Source: an uncultured candidate division Zixibacteria bacterium | Lineage (GTDB): Bacteria; Zixibacteria; MSB-5A5; UBA10806 | Length of the DNA stretch: 64,000 nucleotides | Reading direction: 5' to 3' | Assembly: GCA_963801605.1 (NCBI GenBank) | Contig: CAWDFP010000007.1 | Coordinates: forward strand, 64,001-128,000 | Part shown: positions 20,354-31,585 of the stretch, piece by piece | How the letters are laid out: each line of letters opens with the position of its first letter | How positions within the stretch are numbered: the stretch's first letter is position 1 | The notes under the pieces: generated by a model | What the model saw: only the letters and a program-made list of their open reading frames with translations | What the model was told of the DNA's origin: nothing | Databases searched by the model: none | Program-made: the position numbers and the translations under genes

Positions 20354-21529
20354 CTATTCGATCTTTTTCTTTTTGCTTTTTTCGATATCGATCATTTCCA
20401 GTCCGGAGGCATATGGACTGGTAACAGGTTCGATGATCGACATGAGTTTGGCGGTTGTCTCTCGGATTTTAATGGCGGAGCGTTCGATGGTTTCAAGTTT
20501 GGTTACAATATCGGCAGGCAATTTATCGCGTGACATAAGCATCAACTGGGTGTTGCCCAGTATAGCCGTCAGAGGATTGTTGATCTCATGATTGATTGTA
20601 ACAGTTGTTTCAGTGATGGCGGCCGCCCGTTCCGATTTTACCAATTTCTGGAAATCGGCTTTAAGCTTTTCGAACGATTTAATTAAATAGGCGGTGTCGT
20701 TCTTAGCCTTTAGATCAATCAGTTCCTTTATTCGGCCCGCAATCTTAGTATTAACATGCTTGCGATCTTCAAAGCCCAATGCCAGATAATATCCGGCCAG
20801 AGTAGAAACCCAAACTCCGGCTGCAACTTCCATATCGGCCCAGAGATACTTGAGAGTGTTTTCGCCTATTACTTCGCCGTCATTAATAACAGCCACCTGA
20901 TCCTGCGGCAGCCTCTCGATCTCCCGAACTATTGTCTTATTTCGATGAATATATAGCGACATCCAGGCATCACCGCCAGTAGCGGAGCCGATCGTTAAAC
21001 ATCGAATACCGTCAGCTTTCAGAGCCAAAAGCAACTGACGACCTAAAATCTCCATCACAACCGAGCCGACGGGGGCAAGCAGAGTATGCATTCGGACTCC
21101 AAGTTGCGACGAACACAGCCAGAGCGCTTCCGAAAGGGCCAGTGGATTTTCGTCATTATCCTCCGCAATAGCGGCAATTTGGCCAACGGGGCTGCCAAGA
21201 TGCTTTATGATGCTAATGCAGATTATTTTTCCATCATCGGTTGTAACGGATAAATTATTGGGAAGAGGAGTCTTGCCCTGATCCGAAGGTTCAAGTCCAT
21301 AATCCTTGATAACTTTATACAGGGCATTTTGATACCTTTCCGGCCCATGAATGAAATTTTCCTCCTCAAGGCCGGGTATTCTAACTGTTATTATCGTAGC
21401 GAGGGGATGAGAGATATTGGCGAGAGCGGTTCCGCAAGTTGATGCAAGTTCACCAAGACGGCTTTTACCGATCGATTTTAGATATGTAATCACTAAATTT
21501 AGCCGCGAATCAGGAACTTTCATCACCAT
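20354..21529 (-). CDS. Protein with C-terminal HisKA (DHp) helix pair but no ATPase domain
   Basis: INHEINNPLTAILG near the C-terminus; no N/G1/F/G2 boxes; start uncertain (21529-21565). Confidence 0.7.
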   Translation of the reverse strand: MVMKVPDSRLNLVITYLKSIGKSRLGELASTCGTALANISHPLATIITVRIPGLEEENFIHGPERYQNALYKVIKDYGLEPSDQGKTPLPNNLSVTTDDGKIICISIIKHLGSPVGQIAAIAEDNDENPLALSEALWLCSSQLGVRMHTLLAPVGSVVMEILGRQLLLALKADGIRCLTIGSATGGDAWMSLYIHRNKTIVREIERLPQDQVAVINDGEVIGENTLKYLWADMEVAAGVWVSTLAGYYLALGFEDRKHVNTKIAGRIKELIDLKAKNDTAYLIKSFEKLKADFQKLVKSERAAAITETTVTINHEINNPLTAILGNTQLMLMSRDKLPADIVTKLETIERSAIKIRETTAKLMSIIEPVTSPYASGLEMIDIEKSKKKKIE

Positions 21530-21558
21530 TTTACCCTTATAACTTTTAGGTAATATAC

Positions 21559-21587
21559 TTGACAACGCCGGAATTGGTCAATATGAT
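21559..21587 (+). promoter_or_regulatory. Sigma70 promoter of purF
   Basis: TTGACA-17 nt-TATGAT. Confidence 0.75.
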
Positions 21588-21684
21588 TTGGCCTTCAATT
21601 CCGGCGGCGTTGTCCGCAGAATCATTCTGTTTTGAAAACAGGTGATCCTAATGAGAATATCGGCGGATTAAGGGGAGTTATTAA

Positions 21685-23064
21685 TTGGATACTTTAAGAG
21701 ATAAATGTGGTGTTTTCGGTATTTACGGGGTGCGAAACGCAGGCGCTTTGACATATCTCGGTCTTTATGCGCTGCAGCATCGCGGCCAGGAATCCTGCGG
21801 CATTATAACTGCCAATAACGGCGGTTTTCATTCCAGGCTGGGCATGGGACTGGTGAACGAGGTTTTTGCATCACCGGAGGATATAGAATCACTCAAAGGC
21901 CGCTCTGCGATCGGCCATAACAGGTATTCGACCACAGGCTCATCATCGCCGGAGAATATCCAGCCTCTGGTCATGAATTACAGCCGCGGATACCTGGCAA
22001 TCGGGCATAACGGCAATCTGACAAATTACCCGCGGGTCAAGCGCGAGCTTGAAAAAGCCGGTTCCATTTTGAGAACATCATCGGATACCGAAGTCATTTT
22101 GCATCTTTTGGCACGTTCCAAAAAGCAAAGGATCGAGCAGGCGCTGGCCGAATCGCTACAAAAGGTGGTTGGCGCCTACAGTTTAGTGCTTCTAACGCCC
22201 AGGCAGCTTGTGGCCGCCCGCGACCCTGCGGGGGTCCGTCCGCTGGCGTTAGGGCGGCGCCGTTCGAACTGGGTGGTGGCATCGGAAACATGCGCCTTCG
22301 ATATCATCGGAGCCAAATATGTCCGGGACGTTGAACCGGGCGAGATTATTGTAATCGATCAGGATGGCCTTCACAGTTACACCAATCTTCTGAAAAAAAG
22401 CCCGCATGCATTTTGTATATTCGAGTTGATATATTTTTCAAGGCCCGATTCAAAAATTTATGGCACCAATGTCGATAAGGTTCGTCGCCGGTTAGGACGG
22501 GCGTTAGCCAAAGAGCATCCGGTTGAGGCGGATATCGTCATCTCCGTGCCCGATAGTTCGAATACGGCGGCATTGGGATATTCGGAGGAATCCGGGATAC
22601 CATACGATATCGGATTAATCAGAAATCATTACGTGGGGCGAACCTTTATCCAGCCAGAGCAAAAAATCCGCGATCTCGATGTTAAGATTAAGTTTAATGT
22701 TGTCAAAGGTGTGATTAATAACAAACGGGTGGTAGTTGTAGATGATTCTCTGGTGCGAGGCACAACATCGAGGAAATTAGTTCAAATGCTTCGGGAAGCG
22801 GGCGCCAGGGAAGTTCATCTGAGGTTATCATCGCCACCGATAACAAATCCGTGCTTTTATGGAATCGATATGCCGACAAAAAGGGAGTTGATCGCATCCC
22901 GCAAATCTATAGAGGCTATCAGGCGTTATTTGGAGGCCGACTCTATAGGCTATTTGTCGCTCGATAGAATGCTCGATATGCCGTCTCTTCCCAAAGAAAG
23001 CTTTTGCCATGCCTGTTTCTCGGGAAAGTACCCTATCGATATTTATAATAGAGGGAAGAAGTAA
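21685..23064 (+). CDS. purF: Amidophosphoribosyltransferase
   Basis: Propeptide then CGVFG, LQHRGQES, GHNRYST, VVVDDSLVRGTT, CHACF. Confidence 0.96.
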   Translation: MDTLRDKCGVFGIYGVRNAGALTYLGLYALQHRGQESCGIITANNGGFHSRLGMGLVNEVFASPEDIESLKGRSAIGHNRYSTTGSSSPENIQPLVMNYSRGYLAIGHNGNLTNYPRVKRELEKAGSILRTSSDTEVILHLLARSKKQRIEQALAESLQKVVGAYSLVLLTPRQLVAARDPAGVRPLALGRRRSNWVVASETCAFDIIGAKYVRDVEPGEIIVIDQDGLHSYTNLLKKSPHAFCIFELIYFSRPDSKIYGTNVDKVRRRLGRALAKEHPVEADIVISVPDSSNTAALGYSEESGIPYDIGLIRNHYVGRTFIQPEQKIRDLDVKIKFNVVKGVINNKRVVVVDDSLVRGTTSRKLVQMLREAGAREVHLRLSSPPITNPCFYGIDMPTKRELIASRKSIEAIRRYLEADSIGYLSLDRMLDMPSLPKESFCHACFSGKYPIDIYNRGKK

Positions 23065-23154
23065 TCGCATAAATCAATTCTTTGGCGAGATTTGATTTCG
23101 GTTATTTCATTTTGTCGTTCTCCTTTTAAGGTTTTAAGGTTTACAGACGGACTT

Positions 23155-23868
23155 GTCAAATCTCCGAGGAGATTTGACCTACTATTTTTAGTTTCAAGTC
23201 CCCTTGCAGTATTGTAAGGGGGAGGTCCCGGGACCGATAATCCCGCCGGAAAATGGCGGGCAAACCCTTTACAAGATGGGACCTGTCCTGACCTGCCTCC
23301 AGTTTCTCCTCTCTTTGGAGAGTCAAACTGACCTCCTTTGGGAGAAGCGATCCTGGCTGCCGGTTGAATCGACGACGATTCCGGGGGACCCCTGTGGGTC
23401 CCGAGAGGACAGCCACCTGTAGGGAAGGTCTTGTGGCCACAATTGTCCTTCCACTTATAAGCCTCTATAAATCAAAATGCACTTTGAACGCGTTTTGGAG
23501 GATTCTAAGAGCGTGGAGGAAAATAGAGAAATCGGCGTTCACGGAGAGAAAGGGATTCTGCGGGAATGCAAATAAAGTAAATTGGTGCGCATAGCGTACG
23601 CCAGACTGTTGACAATTAGTCATTTCGAGAATTGTTGCTTATAAGAGCATATTTCTTTTTTGCTTAAGGTGTAAGGGCGTATTGCAATACGCCCCTACAA
23701 CAAAATGATTAAATTTCGAATGCGATAAATCAATGACTTTGTAAACAATCTCTGGTGCGCATAGCGCACCCTACACGGGTTTGTCGAAACCTATCATTCG
23801 ATTTTTCAGTTGACCGCAAGCTTTGGATTTGCAGATTAAGGCAGGGCATATAGAGATATCCCCCTGCG
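23155..23868. repeat. Cluster of GTAG-type REP-like palindromes
   Basis: GTCAAATCTCC-GA-GGAGATTTGAC-CTAC (23155), GTAGGGAAGG...CCTTCC (23419), GGGCGTATTGCAATACGCCCCTAC (23675), GGTGCGCATAGCGCACCCTAC (23754), variant at 23584. Confidence 0.7.
23198..23416 (+). ncRNA. Candidate structured RNA, family unknown
   Basis: GC-rich island with at least 7 helices; G-U pairs and cUUUGg loops form on the + strand. Confidence 0.45.
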
Positions 23869-24066
23869 AAATCCATATTAAGAATAATTTGGAATATTGC
23901 GGGGATTATCGCCCAATTAAAGTCGACAAGAACGCGGTTTACCGAGCTTGATTCGGCAGATTATTACAGCATTCATTATTCATCATATTTAAAAATAATT
24001 ACAATGCGTATAAATCCTAATGTCTTGAAGGATTTTACGGTTTTGCGGGCTAATATTTGAAAAGAC

Positions 24067-24095
24067 TTGACATAGATGGACTGAGTCAATATTAT
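24067..24095 (+). promoter_or_regulatory. Sigma70 promoter of the tRNA pair
   Basis: TTGACA-17 nt-TATTAT. Confidence 0.75.
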
Positions 24096-24112
24096 TTGAG
24101 ACTGAAACAAGT

Positions 24113-24186
24113 GGGCCCATAGCTCAGTTGGTTAGAGCAGCAGACTCATAATCTGCGGGTCCCAGGTTCGAGCCCTGGTGGGCCCA
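24113..24186 (+). tRNA. tRNA with CAT anticodon, most likely Ile2 (lysidine type)
   Basis: GGGCCCA/TGGGCCC stem, loop CTCATAA; lacks initiator features (C1 mismatch, three G-C anticodon pairs). Confidence 0.9.
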
Positions 24187-24206
24187 TGTTGAGCGAAAGT
24201 TAGCGT

Positions 24207-24283
24207 GGGCGATTAGCTCAGCTGGTTAGAGCGTTCGGTTCACATCCGAAAGGTCACTGGTTCAAGTCCAGTATTGCCCACCA
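24207..24283 (+). tRNA. tRNA-Val(CAC)
   Basis: Cloverleaf, loop TTCACAT, encoded CCA. Confidence 0.93.
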
Positions 24284-24414
24284 TTTGATAATATTATTAC
24301 AGGCAGGTGTGCGATTCCTGACATTAATCCATTTTCGGCTACGGTCGCAGGCAGTCCGGCGAATCTCGGACTGGAAACAGACTGATCGTGAATATAGAGT
24401 GGGATATAATGACT

Positions 24415-24441
24415 ATGCGCCGTATTTGCGGCGCATTTTTT
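24415..24441 (+). terminator. Intrinsic terminator
   Basis: ATGCGCCG/CGGCGCAT + TTTTT. Confidence 0.75.
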
Positions 24442-24458
24442 ATTTATAAAGGCGGAGG

Positions 24459-25183
24459 TTGAAATTGCAGAAAGATCTAACAATGCTTTTGGATTTACAG
24501 GAAATCGATGATCAGCTTGGCGAATTGGAGCGCTCCAAGATATATCTTCCGGAGATGATTCATAATCTCGAAAAGGAAATCGAGGAGCTAGCCCAGGCGA
24601 TTGCCACCAACGATAAAATTCTGGAAGAAAGCCAGAGGGAACAGCGCCTCATCGAGCTCGAAATCGAAACCGATAAAGTCGATCTCGATAAATTCCAAAA
24701 GCAGATGCGGGTTATCAAAACAAACAAGGAATATGACGCTTTAACCGCCGAAATCGACACTAAAAAGCAGGGCATAGCCGACAAGGAGGAGAAGATCCTG
24801 ACGCTTATGTCGGCGGCCGATGAGGCCCGCGAGAAAGCGGCGGAGATGAAATCGATGTTGGCTGAGGTTCGGACCAGAAACAATGAGCAGTTCGAAACAT
24901 TGCGCAATCAGGAATCGACTCTTCAGGCCAAGATCGAGGATAAGACTGGCTGAAAGAACGAATCTGGTTAAAGGATATTAATCGGCAGATCGTGGGAGTT
25001 TACGAGCGAATTCGCAAGGGCAAAGGCGGTATGGCTGTAGTGCCGATCCGCAAAAGAGCCTGCAGCGGTTGTTTCAAGCAGATACCGCCGCAGCGAATTC
25101 AGGAGATCCGTCGCGGCGACCGCATCTTTGCCTGCGATAGTTGCGGTCGGATACTAACCTGGACCGACGAAGAAAACGCCTGA
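24459..25183 (+). CDS. Coiled-coil C4-type zinc-ribbon protein (DUF164/CT398-like), frameshift near 24945
   Basis: LQEIDD, TNKEY, YERIRKG, CSGC...CDSCGRIL split over two frames. Confidence 0.85.
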
Positions 25184-25268
25184 TAAAATTTTAAGCGATC
25201 TTGCTTACTAAATCAGATAATTAACGATTGGGTAAGGATGATCGCTTTTTTATCTAGAAGGAATAATT

Positions 25269-26729
<1,461 letters not shown>

Positions 26730-26750
26730 ATAATATTATTGGTAAACGCC

Positions 26751-26802
26751 TTGACTTATGGTGAATTAGGTATTATCATTGAATATGAATGTCAATGTCA
26801 GT
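26751..26802 (+). promoter_or_regulatory. fur promoter with overlapping Fur-box-like AT-rich site
   Basis: TTGACT-17 nt-TATCAT followed by TGAATATGAATGTCAATGTCA. Confidence 0.5.
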
Positions 26803-26847
26803 AAATGAGATGAGAAAACGGCAGTTGTTGATAAAGAAAGGGATGAT

Positions 26848-27273
26848 ATGAAACGCGAACAGGAAATATTGGCTGGTTTTCTCAAACAGAAAGGCCTGAA
26901 ACAGACCGGGCAACGCGAGAAGATACTCGATATATTTCTTTCGAATATGAAGCATGTATCGGCTGATGAACTGCACGCGATCATAAGAAAGAGCGATCCC
27001 AGGATAGGATTTTCAACAGTATATCGAACGCTCAGGCTTCTCACCGAATGCGGGTTGGCCAGAGAGGTTAATTTCGGTGACGGCCGGGCGCGTTTTGAAA
27101 GAGCATTCGATAAGGGCCAGCATGGACATCTCATTTGCACTAACTGCGGCAAGACCGAGGAGTTTGCAATCGGTACCATTGAAAAATCGTTAAAGCAGAT
27201 TTCGGCAAATGCAGGTTTTAAGGTGCACGGGCACAGGCTGGAGGTTTACGGGTTGTGTAAACGCTGCCAGTAG
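26848..27273 (+). CDS. fur: Fur-family transcriptional regulator
   Basis: TGQR, HVSADEL, STVYRTL, HGHLICTNCG, CKRC. Confidence 0.92.
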   Translation: MKREQEILAGFLKQKGLKQTGQREKILDIFLSNMKHVSADELHAIIRKSDPRIGFSTVYRTLRLLTECGLAREVNFGDGRARFERAFDKGQHGHLICTNCGKTEEFAIGTIEKSLKQISANAGFKVHGHRLEVYGLCKRCQ

Positions 27274-27295
27274 GGCAGTTTATTTTTTTGCCTAG

Positions 27296-27337
27296 ATTAT
27301 TAATTGATAATTATTCTAAATAGACAATAATCAAATT
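27296..27337 (+). promoter_or_regulatory. Fur-box-like operator upstream of feoB
   Basis: ATTATTAATTGATAATTATTCTAAATAGACAATAATCAAATT resembles tandem GATAAT hexamers. Confidence 0.6.
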
Positions 27338-27357
27338 AGTTTTCCGGCCCGAGTGTT

Positions 27358-29324
27358 ATGAAAGAGCAACAAGAGATAAAGACACTCGCCTTATCGCCGG
27401 TTATTCTGGTTGGCAATCCGAACGTAGGTAAATCGGCATTGTTTGGAGCTCTCTCGGGTAAATATGTCGAGGTTTCAAACTATCCGGGCACGACGGTTGA
27501 TTTTTCAGCAGGCTGGATTAAAGCCGATGGCCAGAGGCGCGAGATATTCGATTCACCGGGGGCCGATACCTTATCGCCGGTCTCCGAAGACGAAATCGTG
27601 ACCCGCGATCTGATCCTGGATTATCCTGATTCGCCAATAATTTATGTAATCGATGCCAAGAATATTATTCGCGGTTTGGTACTGCTTTCGCAGTTAGCCG
27701 AGTATAGGCGCAAGGTCATAGTGGCGCTCAATATGATGGATGAATCGGCGGCGGCCGGGACGGTTATCGATACCGCGGCTCTTTCAAGGGTATTAGGAGT
27801 CCCGGTTATTCCCACAGTGGCGGTTCAGAGATCGGGAATCGAGGAGCTTAAGAAAGCCATAGCATCGGCGGCTGTTCCCAATTTAGTATTCGATTTTGGA
27901 AAGATGATTGAAGATGGTATCACCCGCATTGCCGGAATACTGGGAAAAAAATCGAATAATTACCCGCGGGCTTTCGCTTAGTTATTTGAGCGGCGAAAAC
28001 GGGTTTTCGGATGAAATTAAAAAATATATATCGTCGGATAAGTTAGGGAATATTTCCGAAATCAAATCCCGACTTCAAAGCTCGCATGTAGAACCGTTGG
28101 GATTTATAATCGCGAAAACCAGAAACGTCGAAGCCCAAAGATTCCTGACGCCTTTTATTAAGCACAAAGAATCGGGTTCCGGGCGGTTTATGCGATCGAT
28201 GGGAAGATATTCGCATCATCCGTTATGGGGCATACCGTCTCTTTTGTTGATACTTGTGGGACTGTACTATTTTGTCGGGGTCTTTGGCGCTCAAACTTTG
28301 GTCGGATTATTCGAAAAGAAGTTGTTTGGCGGCTTCATCAATCCCTTTTTTATCAAGTTATTTTCATATTTACCCTGGGCTTTTCTGCGGGATTTATTTA
28401 TCGGTCAATACGGAATTATCACGATGGCGTTGACCTATGCCTTGGCGCTCATATTTCCAATCGTGACGACTTTTTTCCTGGCTTTCGGAATTCTAGAGGA
28501 TTCCGGATATCTGCCTCGTCTGGCGTTCATGGTGGATCGCATATTCAAGAAGATCGGCCTTAACGGCCGGGCCGTGCTGCCTATGATTCTGGGTCTGGGA
28601 TGCGATACCATGGCGGTTCTGACCACCCGGATACTATCGACAAAAAAAGAAAAACTGATGGTTACATTTCTTCTGGCGCTGGCGGTACCCTGTTCGGCAC
28701 AACTGGGCGTCACGCTTGGTATCCTGGGAGCAATATCGCCGCTGGCTATAGCAATCTGGCTGGGAGTGATTCTGGCGGTTATGTTTTTAGTCGGATATTT
28801 ATCATCAAAAGTAATTCCAGGGCGGTCATCCGATTTTATTCTGGAGATCCCGCCGCTTCGCCTGCCGCGATTACAAAATGTGATTGTTAAGACTCTAATG
28901 CGTCTGGAATGGTATCTTGAAAGAGGCGGTCCCGCTGTTTGTTCTGGGGACGTTGATCCTTTTTATACTCGATAAGCTCCATTTTCTAAAATTAGTGCAG
29001 GAGGCGTTTAGTCCAATAGTGGTTACCGTACTTGGTCTTCCCGCGAAAGCATCCGAGTCATTTATAATGGGCTTTTTGCGGCGCGATTACGGGGCAGCCG
29101 GTTTTAAGGGATTATTCGATCAGGGGCTGCTCGATCCGGTGGGGGCGATTGTGGCCATGACCACGATCACATTGTTTGTCCCCTGTATCGCCAATTTCTT
29201 CGTGATCGTAAAGGAGCGGGGCGTTAAAACGGCTATCGGCATGGTTTTGTTTATTATTCCTTTCGCAATAGCTGTGGGAGGAGCCTTGAATCTCATTTTG
29301 AGAGGATTTGGGCTATGGCAGTAA
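27358..29324 (+). CDS. feoB: Ferrous iron transporter FeoB, two apparent frameshifts (near 27945 and 28920)
   Basis: GNPNVGKS, NYPGTT, DSPG, NMMD, LEDSGY, GLGC, PCSA, FILEIP. Confidence 0.92.
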
Positions 29325-29512
29325 AATGTCCATTATGCGGATATCGGTTTAATTCGGAAGATGCTAAAAGCCATTGCGCCAGTTGCCCGATAAATTCGGG
29401 ATGCGGCAAAATATGCTGTCCCAACTGCCAATATTCCTGGGTGGAATCATCAACCTGGGTGAGCGGCTTGATAGCATTTGCAAAAAAGGGGTTGAGACAT
29501 GGAAGATCATAG
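29315..29512 (+). CDS. Small Cys-rich protein
   Basis: CPLC..CASC..GC..CCPNC; overlaps both neighbours. Confidence 0.65.
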   Translation: MAVKCPLCGYRFNSEDAKSHCASCPINSGCGKICCPNCQYSWVESSTWVSGLIAFAKKGLRHGRS

Positions 29513-30155
29513 GGATCATCCGTTAGAGGAGTTGTTAGAGGCGCTGTATAAGGCCCAGGAGGACGGACATCTGCCAATAAGGCCCGGAGAGCTTCATCTT
29601 CCCGCTGAGCCATCGCCAGCGGAATTAGAGTCATATATTGGTCGAGGGCTAATTGATGCCAAAAACAGTCATATCGATCTCACGCCGCTGGGGTTGGCCA
29701 AAGCAGAGCTTCTGGTGCGACGGCATCGATTGGCGGAGCGGCTATTTTCGGAAATACTGCAGCTCGATGAATCAGCGCTTCATTCCACAAGCTGTTCGTT
29801 TGAACATGTACTCGAACCGGCTGTAACGGAATCCGTTTGCACAATGCTGGGGCATCCTCCAACCTGTCCTCATGGCAAACGAATTCCGCCAGGCGAGTGC
29901 TGTAAAAATTCCCGTAAGGAGTTGGCTCCGATAGTAATTCCGCTGGCAGAGCTACCGGCGGGTTCGAATGCCAGAATTGTGTTTGTGACTACTCCTTATC
30001 ACCAGAGATTGAGCCGCCTGGTAAATCTGGGCGTAGTGCCGGGCGGATATATTACGCTCCTTCAAAAAAGGCCGTCATTCTTATTGCGTTCCGGTTCGAC
30101 AGAGATCGCTATCGATGAGGAAATTGCCGGCGAAATCTATGTCAGGAAAACTTAG
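29499..30155 (+). CDS. DtxR/MntR-like metalloregulator with C-terminal FeoA domain
   Basis: RRHRLAERL, FEH, PTCPHG, RLVNLGVVPG. Confidence 0.85.
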   Translation: MEDHRDHPLEELLEALYKAQEDGHLPIRPGELHLPAEPSPAELESYIGRGLIDAKNSHIDLTPLGLAKAELLVRRHRLAERLFSEILQLDESALHSTSCSFEHVLEPAVTESVCTMLGHPPTCPHGKRIPPGECCKNSRKELAPIVIPLAELPAGSNARIVFVTTPYHQRLSRLVNLGVVPGGYITLLQKRPSFLLRSGSTEIAIDEEIAGEIYVRKT

Positions 30156-30209
30156 GAGCGGTTGGATATAATATATTACGTGGGAATCGAGCGATATTCA
30201 GGCTATTAA

Positions 30210-31485
30210 CTAATCGCTGATTATTTCAGGTAAAAATTGCGCGCCTACTTTTTTTCGCGGTTCTTTAAGCTTCATTGATATAAGATATGAGCTGATTGTT
30301 GTTAAGCAGACGATAAAGAACAGAAGCTTAAGAGAGAAGACCTGACTTAATAATCCTCCCAAAGCGGAGCAAAAAACGGTTGGCGCGATCAGAGTATGCA
30401 TCACTCCAATCGATAGCAACCGTCCCTTTTCAGGGGAAATTTCCAGAAGATAGTTTACATATCCCATGCTGATCCCGGCCTCAGCCGTTCCCAAAAGGAG
30501 AAAGACGGCGGCGAACGCTATGGGGGAGATGGGAAAGAAGGACGATGTCAGGGCAATTAACGGGGGAAAGACGCTGAAAAAGGCGGCCACCACAATCACC
30601 TTCTTATTTGAAATATGATTCGATAACCAGGCCCAAAGGATATTCGAGCCCAGGTATCCGATCATCTGAGCTGTCAAATATACTCCGGCAATCGATTTGG
30701 AAGCTCCCAGCCTGTTGATGGCAAAAACCACATAAAAAGGGGATGCCAGGTAGTAGGTATTGATTATGGCCCGAGACCAGAATAATCGTCGGAAGTTGCC
30801 ATCATTGGTAAATATCGCCAGGGCTGATTTTAGCTGCTGTCCGGGGACTGGCTTTTTCGAGTCTATCCTCAGTTACCGGCTCCTTAACAAAGGCGAAGGT
30901 GATAAGCCCCAGAAGCATCAGAAGACAGGCGACAATATAAAGATAACCGAAATTAAAGGGGAACGAATAGCCCTGTATCATCCGTCTCACAAGCAGACCC
31001 TCGGCGGCCGCGACGCTGCCCCCGATAAACATTCTTAAACCGAAATAGCTGCCGCGTTTATTGGTGGGAATTGTCTTGCCCACAATCTCCGTAAAGGCGG
31101 CGCCGGCAAAACCGGCGGCGATATTAACAAGCGCATAACAGACTCCAAAGGATATCAGAATTCCCACGGGATTGTCGCTGAATGCAAAAATGCCGGCTAT
31201 GGCTAAGAGGAAAAATCCAAATCTTAAATAGGATAATTTATTATAGAATCCCAGGACTTGTTTCCGGTGGACTATAAAAACGGCGGCAAATAGCTGAGGA
31301 AAAAACCATCCAAAATTCTCGATCGAGGAAAACAGGCCAATTAAGACTTTGGAATTGGTAAGCTGTGAAATAAAAACCGGTAATATTGTAGAGCCGGAGA
31401 GGAATGCCGCCGAGGCGTTGAAAAATACGCCGTTTATTACTCCCAATGAGAAATTGCGTTTGAAATCATTGCCCGTTTTTGACAT
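30210..31485 (-). CDS. MFS transporter, frameshifted near 30800-30850
   Basis: Hydrophobic helices, KTIPTNKRGSY, EISPEKGR; split over two ORFs. Confidence 0.8.
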
Positions 31486-31585
31486 GGGCCACAAGATATA
31501 TGGAAGGTTGGCTCTCTGCAAGAGATTAGGATGATTTATCGCTATATCCGGGCTTGAAAATCAAGGGCATTTATATTATTATCGC

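Noticed and set aside
23156..23594. Short ORFs in the purF downstream spacer
   Set aside because: No RBS or recognisable domain; better explained as GC-rich palindromic sequence
24113..24283. tRNAs as integration sites of an island
   Set aside because: No integrase and no repeated tRNA 3' end was seen in the window
25184..25268. RNase P RNA or purine riboswitch before guaB
   Set aside because: The spacer is only about 85 nt and lacks GAGGAAAGTCC and the purine aptamer core
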